From: Candidatus Hadarchaeum sp.
Lineage (GTDB): Archaea; Hadarchaeota; Hadarchaeia; Hadarchaeales; Hadarchaeaceae
DNA: 64,000 bases
Direction of reading: 5' to 3'
Assembly: GCF_038871235.1 (NCBI RefSeq)
Contig: NZ_JAVZIN010000001.1
Location: 1-64,000 of the forward strand
Part shown: positions 10,959 through 18,348 of the stretch, in pieces
Layout of the letters: each line of letters starts with the position of its first letter
Position numbering within the stretch: position 1 is the stretch's first letter
Translations under genes and position numbers: made by a program
Notes under the pieces: model-generated
Told to the model about the DNA's origin: nothing
Database searches by the model: none
What the model saw: only the letters and a program-made list of their open reading frames with translations

Positions 10959-11677
10959 CGCCCTAATTTTTTAACAATGCGTTTCAGACTCCGCGCAAAA
11001 TGAGTTTTCAGCAGTTCTTCCGGGTGACCCAGAGTTTTTTCCACTTCAGGGTCAAAGGGAAGCCGACCCAAAAAGTTAGCTTTGAAGGTACCGGTTTTCC
11101 CGATTTTTGAGCTAGGGGGGTGCATGTTCTCCACCAAGCCCAGGGTCGGGACCTTGAGTTCTTGAAGAAGTTGAACCAGCCTGGCCACCGTTTTCACCGC
11201 CAATTTCGACGGCGTGGTGACGACGAGGAACTCTCCCCTTTTAATCAGGCGGATGATGTCTAAGACCTCCTCAGCGATTCCCGGGGGCACATCCACCACC
11301 AGATAATCGAGCTGGCCCCATCGGGTAATGGTCAGCAGTTCCACGAAGACGTTCGAGGCCTCCTCGCCCCTCAGTGGCAGCGGCCGGTCCCCGATGTAGT
11401 AAACCAGCGACATGAACTTCACTCCTTGAACCACCGGAGGTATCAACCCCATTTCCTCAGCAGGTACCGCGTCTGTCGCCCCAAGGATGATGTGGCAAGA
11501 GGGGCCGTGGAAATCCAGATCCAGCAGGCCAACCTTCTTGCCGTCTCGGGCCAGCAGCAGGGAGAGAGTAGTAGCGATCAGGCTCTTTCCCACCCCACCT
11601 TTCCCGCTGGCCACGACGATGATCCTCTTGACCCCGCCGAGCCGTTCGTCGATAATGGCGAGGCGCGGGTCCGGCAC
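10955..11677 (-). CDS. Mrp/NBP35 family P-loop ATPase
   Basis: SGKGGVGKS, LLDLDFHGPS, DYLVVDVPPG, GLVENM motifs. GTG start chosen at VPDPR; ORF extends to 11710. Confidence 0.9.
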   Translation of the reverse strand: MPDPRLAIIDERLGGVKRIIVVASGKGGVGKSLIATTLSLLLARDGKKVGLLDLDFHGPSCHIILGATDAVPAEEMGLIPPVVQGVKFMSLVYYIGDRPLPLRGEEASNVFVELLTITRWGQLDYLVVDVPPGIAEEVLDIIRLIKRGEFLVVTTPSKLAVKTVARLVQLLQELKVPTLGLVENMHPPSSKIGKTGTFKANFLGRLPFDPEVEKTLGHPEELLKTHFARSLKRIVKKLGR

Positions 11678-11679
11678 CT

Positions 11680-12081
11680 CTACGTTGAAATCCTGATGTA
11701 GTCTACCCATACTCCCCTTCCTCCGGTTACCTCAAAATCGGGGCTGCGGCAGCGGGGGCAGCGGATGAAAGCATGGGCCAAGTCGGGGACGAAGTGGATG
11801 GCTTCGGACTCATCGGACCCAACCTCGCTGGGGTCCAAGTTCCACTCGTGCCCGCAGGCCCGACATCTGAAGCGTGATTCTTCCATCTCCAACTTGATTT
11901 CGGTTTTCTCCAGCAAGGTGCCCTTGGTCAGCTCCCGGAGGGCATGGTTGAAGATCTCGGTGTCGATGTTTTGCAGTCTTCCCAGCTTTATCTTTGCCTC
12001 GGAAACCATCTTGGCACCCTTCTCCTTGGCCACCGCGAGCATGGTGGAGACGACGGCCTCGGCTAAAGCCCATTCGTGCAG
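11680..12081 (-). CDS. hypA: Hydrogenase nickel incorporation protein HypA (probable CTG start)
   Basis: (M)HEWALA N-terminus, CRAC and CPRC zinc motifs, GGRGV; coupled to mrp. Confidence 0.93.
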   Translation of the reverse strand: MHEWALAEAVVSTMLAVAKEKGAKMVSEAKIKLGRLQNIDTEIFNHALRELTKGTLLEKTEIKLEMEESRFRCRACGHEWNLDPSEVGSDESEAIHFVPDLAHAFIRCPRCRSPDFEVTGGRGVWVDYIRIST

Positions 12082-12252
12082 GCAACCACCGCTTTCACTA
12101 GGTAAAGGACTATTTAGACGGTTTCGGAGCCCCCTCAACTAACTTGGCTCATTTACGCGGAGCTGTTTTTCAGGAACGTTGGCAGGGTTAACTTGTTGGT
12201 TTAAGGGAAGCAATCTCAAGGTATTTTTATCCTTTTGAGGTAGTAATCTTGT

Positions 12253-12385
12253 AGCCCCGTGGGGTAGACCCGCAGGAGGCGGGGCCCATCGGTCAATCCT
12301 GGCGGGCACCGGCAGGCCGCAATCTGGACCCGCTGACCCCGGTTCGAAATCGACAGCGTCGACGAGAATCCGGGCGGGGCTACCA
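12253..12385 (+). tRNA. tRNA-Gln(CUG) with three BHB introns (15/16: 12268-12289; 32/33: 12308-12322; 59/60: 12349-12368)
   Basis: Spliced product AGCCCCGTGGGGTAG-CGGTCAATCCTGGCGGGC-TCTGGACCCGCTGACCCCGGTTCGAA-TCCGGGCGGGGCTACCA is a 76-nt cloverleaf followed by a T-run. Confidence 0.93.
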
Positions 12386-12472
12386 TTTTTTCAATGCGAT
12401 TGAATAGCGAATTCACACCGCGTTAGTGAAATAAGGTTGTAAAAGTGGGGCAAAGCTGTTGAATTCCGAAGC

Positions 12473-12706
12473 TCAGACGTCGATGACGATGGCGGTATTG
12501 GTGTCGACCACTCCTTTGATTTTGTGAATACCTTCGACCACCGCCCTGCTCAGGGTATCCATGCTGCTGGTATCAACGTGAACGATGATGTCGTAGGGCC
12601 CGGTGACAACATGGACATTTTTTACGTCTTGCAGCTTCTTTATCTCCTTGGCCACCTGCTTTACCTTCCCAATGGCCGCGGTTACCAAAATGTATGCCTG
12701 TACCAC
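12473..12706 (-). CDS. Stand-alone Lrp/AsnC ligand-binding (RAM) domain protein
   Basis: AYILV...GK, VTGPYDII, GVVDTNTAI pattern. Confidence 0.9.
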   Translation of the reverse strand: MVQAYILVTAAIGKVKQVAKEIKKLQDVKNVHVVTGPYDIIVHVDTSSMDTLSRAVVEGIHKIKGVVDTNTAIVIDV

Positions 12707-12762
12707 AAGCTCACCTCAACGTTATTTCGCCCCGGGATTTTAAAGAGCTTTCGAGCGTAAAC

Positions 12763-12954
12763 TCAGAGCTCCTTTATCGCCAGCTTCTTGTTTAGGACGA
12801 GTTCTGCGGACCGGACCACGGCGCCGCCCGAGCCTATCGCCCTCGCAGCTTGGCCCTTGGGCACATAGACCAGAAGCTGACCCTCATGCTCCTCAACCTT
12901 TTCCACACGAACTCCCAGCATCGTCTTCAGTTTTTCCACAATGCTTTGATCCAC
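12763..12954 (-). CDS. Small KH-domain protein (NusA-like)
   Basis: ARAIGSGGAVVR GxxG loop; GGAG ribosome-binding site. Confidence 0.75.
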   Translation of the reverse strand: MDQSIVEKLKTMLGVRVEKVEEHEGQLLVYVPKGQAARAIGSGGAVVRSAELVLNKKLAIKEL

Positions 12955-13281
12955 TTGCTCATCTCCACGATATTTTAGTCAACCCTTTATAAATCCTATT
13001 CACCGGTTTAGCTCCAAATGGCTTAAGATTGTTTTGACAAAATTTTCTGTAAATCGGTGTGATCATTAAACTCTCACGTTGATTGTTGCAGTTTAAAAGA
13101 TCCCAACTCTAAGACACCCGTTAAACTGCAGCTTTGTTGCGCGGTCTAACTTCCTGATATCATAGCCAATTAAATACGACACAATGTTTCATTCCGCCTT
13201 GACCTTTGGTGCAGGTTGGTTAATAAGTGAAAAACTAGCGAACTGTTCACACAAATTCAGAGCAATTTACCCTTGGGTTCA

Positions 13282-13980
13282 TCAACCAGCCGAGTATTCT
13301 AGGTTCAGGCTCCACTTGCCGGCCAACAATTGGTTCAGCTCCTTCCAAACGCCAAGCACATGCCCAGCTCCCACCACGCAGACTACCCTCTTTCCCGAGA
13401 GCAGAAATTCCGCCAGCCTCATTGCCATGTAGCGGTCCCTCTCCGAGATCAGGATATCGTAGGCCCTCGGCGAAAGCTTCCTGAACTCCTGCAGCAGATT
13501 TTCGACCACTTGTTCCTCGGTGATTCGACTCAGCTCAAAACCTTTTCCTAATGGAAGCAGGCTGACGATCAGGTTTCCGAAGAGCCTGAGCTTCTCCCGC
13601 GCCGGCATCCCGCTGACGAGCCTGTTGAGCGTAATTCCGATGTCTCTATCGATGAGATGCACTTGCGCCCCGATTTCCCGGGCCTTCTGAACCGCGGCGA
13701 GCATCTCCTCCCCTGCTGCGACCCCTGTTTGGCGGGAGAATTTTCCCTGAAGGAGTAGAATCAGCGCGGTTAGTAGCCAGGCTTCTGGGCCAGCGCGCCA
13801 GAAGTCAAGAATTCCAGCTCTTGTGCCACGCGTTAGCGCCAGATAACGGGCGGGATCCAGCTCCACCGCGACGAGGTCGGGACGCTCAGAGGCGATCACT
13901 CCTTTGGCCTCCTCAACACTTTTCGGCAGCACGTGGGCCACACCGACAATGGTGAGACGATCGCCAATTTTCTTAATCAC
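13282..13980 (-). CDS. TraB/GumN (PrgY) family protein
   Basis: VGVAHV, VAVELD, GEEM, LIDRDI, LISERDRYMA, VVGAGH motifs. Confidence 0.92.
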   Translation of the reverse strand: MIKKIGDRLTIVGVAHVLPKSVEEAKGVIASERPDLVAVELDPARYLALTRGTRAGILDFWRAGPEAWLLTALILLLQGKFSRQTGVAAGEEMLAAVQKAREIGAQVHLIDRDIGITLNRLVSGMPAREKLRLFGNLIVSLLPLGKGFELSRITEEQVVENLLQEFRKLSPRAYDILISERDRYMAMRLAEFLLSGKRVVCVVGAGHVLGVWKELNQLLAGKWSLNLEYSAG

Positions 13981-14632
13981 GCTGGGCACCCGCAGTCCGG
14001 TAGACGAGCAGGACATCGCTGCCCACTCTGGATATCTTGGAGAGCCTGAGCCTGACCCCATTCTTTACTTTGCAGAAACCATCTCCACCGACCAAGGTTT
14101 TGGCCGCCGCCCCGCCGACGATTCTGGGCGCCACGGTGACTTGGATCTCGTCCACAAGCCCCTGCGAGATCATGTTCCAGTTCAGCGTTGAGCCACCCTC
14201 AAGCAGCAGCTTCCTGATTCCCCGCCGGTAGAGTTCTTCGAGGAGCCATTGCAGGTCAATATTCTCCCCGTCAGAAATGATGATTTCAGCCCCAGTTTGG
14301 CGCAGCCTTTCGACCTTTTCCTTATCGGCTGCCCTCGAAACAGCCACGATGGTTCTGGCCGAGTGATCCAGAATTTTGGCGTTGGTGGATATCCTCGCCA
14401 TTCCATCGACCACCACCCGGATGGGGTTTCTTCCCTTCACGCGGCGTACGGTCAGCGAGGGGTTATCGGCCAGAATGGTTCCAGCACCGACCATGACGGC
14501 GTCCATCTTGGCCCTGAGGCGGTGGAGGCGGGTGAGATCGGCCTCGGATGAGATCTTGCTGTCCCCGCACGAGGTCGCTATTTTTCCATCCAGCGTCATC
14601 GCAGCGTTCAGGATCACGTACGGTCGGGGCAT
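13973..14632 (-). CDS. arfC: 2,5-diamino-6-ribosylamino-4(3H)-pyrimidinone 5'-phosphate reductase (Rib7/ArfC)
   Basis: AMTLDGKIA, DAVMVGAGT..DNPSL, LLEGG motifs. Confidence 0.93.
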   Translation of the reverse strand: MPRPYVILNAAMTLDGKIATSCGDSKISSEADLTRLHRLRAKMDAVMVGAGTILADNPSLTVRRVKGRNPIRVVVDGMARISTNAKILDHSARTIVAVSRAADKEKVERLRQTGAEIIISDGENIDLQWLLEELYRRGIRKLLLEGGSTLNWNMISQGLVDEIQVTVAPRIVGGAAAKTLVGGDGFCKVKNGVRLRLSKISRVGSDVLLVYRTAGAQRD

Positions 14633-14845
14633 GGTCTCATCGAGATTTATGTCCGCTGTCTTTTAAAATACGTTTAATTTCGTTTCTGGTGGTCAAAAAT
14701 GATCACGATTTTTTTCTTGGGGTAAATTATTTTCACAAAATTACGGTTGATTGGCACAATTTTCACAAATTTCCTTAAGTAGCTTGATGGTCATCTTTCT
14801 CTCGGAGGTTAATTGGAGGCGCTACAAAGGCAAGGAGGTGAAAAG

Positions 14846-14911
14846 GTGAAGAAGAAGGTCAAAGGTGGCGCGTCCAAAGCCGCCCGCAATCGCCCAGAAG
14901 GGTGGGACTAG
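14846..14911 (+). CDS. Putative 21-aa basic peptide MKKKVKGGASKAARNRPEGWD
   Basis: Perfect GGAGGTGA Shine-Dalgarno just upstream of GTG; upstream TATA-like TTAAGTA; downstream hairpin plus T-run. Confidence 0.45.
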   Translation: MKKKVKGGASKAARNRPEGWD

Positions 14912-15286
14912 TCTTTGCTCTGTGAACAGGCCAAGAGATCAGTTGGGATTTGACGGCAGGTCTCGGCCCCTGCCCTTTTTATCAATTTTGGCAAGTTGAA
15001 AAAATGGGATCAAAAGATACTGTTCAGATGGGGGATTGCTTTTCAAGTTGTCTGGATGACTGCATTGCCTCGACGATCCCGGGATGATTGTGGCGATGTG
15101 GCCGAAAGGCCGAGATATGGTTCAAGAATGAGAAGGAAGCCAGCAAGATAGTGGAGCTGGTGCGCCAAGCCAACGTCTTGAACCAGAAACCGTTGGTCTA
15201 GGACGAGTTGAGGTTCATCGCCCAGCATCCTGAAATTTGTCGCGAAATACTGACTATATCGCCCAAGTAATTACAGTTAGATAGTA

Positions 15287-15364
15287 TGGGGCCAGGGCCG
15301 GGATTTGAACCCAGGTCGCAGGCTCCACAGGCCCGAATGTTAACCAAGCTACACCACCCTGGCC
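15287..15364 (-). tRNA. tRNA-His(GUG), intron-less, encoded G-1 and CCA
   Basis: GGCCAGGGTGGTGTAGCTTGGTTAACATTCGGGCCTGTGGAGCCTGCGACCTGGGTTCAAATCCCGGCCCTGGCCCCA folds as a cloverleaf with C73. Confidence 0.97.
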
Positions 15365-15537
15365 ACAGATGAATTTTGTCCTTTTTTCTTATTTAGGTTT
15401 GAAGTCGTGAGATTTTGTGCCTTTAACTTTATATAGCAACCGATGATTTTCGAGGCCTCCAAAATCGAGTTTTGGGGTAACGAAAGGTATTTTAGCGAGC
15501 CTCGTGAAGCAGAAACGGAAACTTGGAGAGACAGCGC

Positions 15538-17763
15538 ATGAGCGTGAAGTTTTCTGTGGTGGGAAAGCCGGTCCCCAAGCTTGACGCGGTTAAACTTGCC
15601 ACGGGTAAGGCGGAGTTTTTGGACGATATCAGGCTGCCTGGAGCGCTCTCGGTGAAGTTGCTCGGCAGTTCATGTGCCCATGCCCGGATAAGGAGGATTG
15701 ACGTGAGCCGGGCGGAGAGGCTTCCGGGAGTGAAGGGTATCGTCACCTACAAGGATGCACCGAGGGTTCCCTTCAACCCGGGCGTCTACTACATCCTGCC
15801 CAAGGACAAATACATTTTCGACGAGAAAGTGCGCTTTGTCGGGGAGCCGGTGGCGGCCGTGGCGGCGGTGGACGAGGACACCGCCGAGGAGGCAGTCTCG
15901 CTGATCAATGTTGAGTATGAGGAGTTGCCGGCGGTTTTTGACCCAGTCGCAGCCATGGACCCCAAGGCGCCCAAAATCCACGACACCAACATCGCCGCTC
16001 ACATCACTAGGGAGTGGGGAAATGTTGAGAAGGGCTTCCGCGAGGCGGATCGCATTTTTGAAGGCAAGTACACGACCGGAAGGCAGGCGCACGCCCCGAT
16101 TGAGCCCCACGCCTGCGCGGCCTCTTATGAGTTGGGAAAGCTGACCGTCTGGACGACCAGCCAGATTCCCTTTCACGTTCGTTCCATCTTGTCTGAGGTC
16201 TTCGGTTTGCCCCAGCACAGGATCAGGGTAATCACCTCCTTCGTGGGTGGAGGCTTCGGCGGCAAGGACGAGGTCATCCTTGAGCCCATCTGCGCCCTGT
16301 TGGCGATCAAGCTCGGCGCCACCGTCAAGTTGAGGCTGAACCGTGATGAGGTCTTTTACACGACCACAACCAGACACCCCTCGATAATCTGGTTGAAGAC
16401 AGGGGTGAAGAAGGATGGGACCTTGGTGGCGAGGCAGGTAAAGGCGATCCTGAACACGGGTGCCTATGCTTCCCACGGGCCCTCGGTGGCCGGCGCTATG
16501 AGCACGAGGGAGCTGGGTCTTTACAAGTCGCCCCACGTGAGTTTTGAGGCTGATGTAGTCTACACCAACAGCCCCACGGCCGGAGCCTTCCGCGGCTATG
16601 GAAACCCGCAGCAGAGCTTTGCCGTGGAATCGCAATTGGATGAAATCGCCGAGGAACTGGGCATCGACCGCGTGGAGCTGAGGCTGAAGAACACCATCCG
16701 CAGCGGTGATATAAACCCCGGGACCGGTTTGAGGATTGAGAGCTGCGGGCTGGAGGAGTGCATAAGGAGGGCCACGGAAAGGATAGGCTGGCGGCAGAAG
16801 TCCCGAGACATCGAGAGTGGCAGGTTGAAGAACCGCGGTCTGGGCATCGCCTGCCTGATGCACAACAGCGGTGCCTTCCCCTACATCAAGGAATCATCTT
16901 CAGCGATCGTTCAGATCAACGAGGATGGCTCGGTGCAGGTGATGACGGGGGCGACCGACATCGGGCAGGGGATCACGACCACCATCGCCCAGATGGTGGC
17001 GGAGGAGCTCGGCGTGAATTTGGAGAGCATAGCGGTTTCCCGTCCCGACACCGAGTTTGTTCCGGTGGACCGGGGAACCTACGCCAGCGGAGAGCTCTAC
17101 ATCAGCGGTCAGGCGGCGAGGCTGGCCGCCGCGGATGCCAAGCAGCAGCTACTAAAGAAGGCAGCCGAGGTGATGGAGGCCAAGCCCGATGATTTAGAGA
17201 TCGTTGGCGGTGTAGTTCGGTTGAAGAAGAATCCGCAGGTGGGAAAGACCATTCGAGAGATAGTCGGTGAGGTGGCGATAGTCGGCAGGGCCTCATACAT
17301 GCCGCCGAGCAACGCCCCGCTGTTTGGCGCCATGTGCGTGGAGCTGGAGGTAGACCCAGAACTCGGCAGCATCAGAGTGCTGAATATTACTTATGCAGCC
17401 GACGTCGGTCGGGCGATCAACCCCTTAATAGTTGAGGGACAGATCGAGGGCGGGGCAGTGATGGGGTTGGGCTTCACTCTCACCGAGGAGTTGGTTCTGG
17501 ACAGCAATGGTCGGGTGATCAACAAGAACTTCACCGACTACAAGCTTCTCCATGCGTCAGATTTGCCGCGGATAGAGCCCATCATCGTTGAATCCCATGA
17601 GCCAACGGGACCATTCGCCGCTAAGGGGGTTGGTGAGCCTGCCTTGGTTCCAGTGGCTCCAGCCATAGCCAACGCTATATACCAGGCGGTCGGCGTCAGG
17701 ATAAGAGATCTGCCGATAACTCATAATAAAATACTGAGGGCCCTAAAAGACCGTTTAAAGTGA
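15538..17763 (+). CDS. Xanthine dehydrogenase/aldehyde oxidoreductase family molybdopterin-binding subunit
   Basis: GGGFGGK, AFRGYG, GQGITT, EGQIEGG, KGVGE motifs. Confidence 0.93.
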   Translation: MSVKFSVVGKPVPKLDAVKLATGKAEFLDDIRLPGALSVKLLGSSCAHARIRRIDVSRAERLPGVKGIVTYKDAPRVPFNPGVYYILPKDKYIFDEKVRFVGEPVAAVAAVDEDTAEEAVSLINVEYEELPAVFDPVAAMDPKAPKIHDTNIAAHITREWGNVEKGFREADRIFEGKYTTGRQAHAPIEPHACAASYELGKLTVWTTSQIPFHVRSILSEVFGLPQHRIRVITSFVGGGFGGKDEVILEPICALLAIKLGATVKLRLNRDEVFYTTTTRHPSIIWLKTGVKKDGTLVARQVKAILNTGAYASHGPSVAGAMSTRELGLYKSPHVSFEADVVYTNSPTAGAFRGYGNPQQSFAVESQLDEIAEELGIDRVELRLKNTIRSGDINPGTGLRIESCGLEECIRRATERIGWRQKSRDIESGRLKNRGLGIACLMHNSGAFPYIKESSSAIVQINEDGSVQVMTGATDIGQGITTTIAQMVAEELGVNLESIAVSRPDTEFVPVDRGTYASGELYISGQAARLAAADAKQQLLKKAAEVMEAKPDDLEIVGGVVRLKKNPQVGKTIREIVGEVAIVGRASYMPPSNAPLFGAMCVELEVDPELGSIRVLNITYAADVGRAINPLIVEGQIEGGAVMGLGFTLTEELVLDSNGRVINKNFTDYKLLHASDLPRIEPIIVESHEPTGPFAAKGVGEPALVPVAPAIANAIYQAVGVRIRDLPITHNKILRALKDRLK

Positions 17764-18022
17764 CGAATGCGTCGTTGTTGGACTTGTATCGCTCAGTCCA
17801 TATATACTGTCGCTTAAACTACTTAGATCTAAGTTATCAGAAGTAGAATAATTAACATCACCAAAAATAGCTAACGAGATACTATACAAAGTTGAGCATG
17901 ATAAATTGCGTCAAAAATTATTCGGCTAAAACCTGCTTTTTTCTTAGAATAATTCAGATAAAATTCTCGTTAATCTAGCACCAGCGAAAGAAATATGGAT
18001 GGCTTATTTGGCCGCTGAGGGA

Positions 18023-18194
18023 TGGTGCGGGGGGAGGGATTTGAACCCTCAACATTCGGATATCAGACCCAGGAGTCTTCAGTTTTGCCCCTCGAGGGCT
18101 GTCCCCAAGGTCCGACACTATTGAGCCAGGTTTTACCTGGTCTCCCATTTCAATCCGGTGGCCTTTATCCACCAGATGGTTGAGTTACCCCCGC
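18023..18194 (-). tRNA. tRNA-Phe(GAA) with four BHB introns (17/17a: 18177-18148; 22/23: 18141-18120; 30/31: 18111-18084; 37/38: 18076-18062)
   Basis: Spliced product GCGGGGGTAACTCAACC-TGGGAG-AGTGTCGG-ACTGAAG-ATCCGAATGTTGAGGGTTCAAATCCCTCCCCCCGCACCA is a 77-nt fully paired cloverleaf. Confidence 0.92.
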
Positions 18195-18348
18195 ACCTTC
18201 AAATTCTCTGTAGTTTGAAGTTAAAAATGCTACTCTGCGGCAATTGCATCTTCAAACTTTTTTCGATAATCCGAAAAAGGCAGGTATAAGATGTGATTTT
18301 TGATGAAAAGGATATTGATTATAAGTCCGCGCGCGATAACCTAAGCTG

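Noticed and set aside
10316-12385. Two homologous structured elements first read as a novel riboswitch or ncRNA family
   Set aside because: Fully explained as intron-containing tRNA-Gln isoacceptors.
15000-15230. Short coding-like fragments (DCFSSCLDDC; KAEIWFKNEKEASKIVELVRQ)
   Set aside because: Interrupted by stop codons or frame changes with no recognisable family; not called as a gene.
15670-16863. 397-aa antisense ORF and many similar opposite-strand ORFs
   Set aside because: Antisense shadows of well-supported GC-rich genes.
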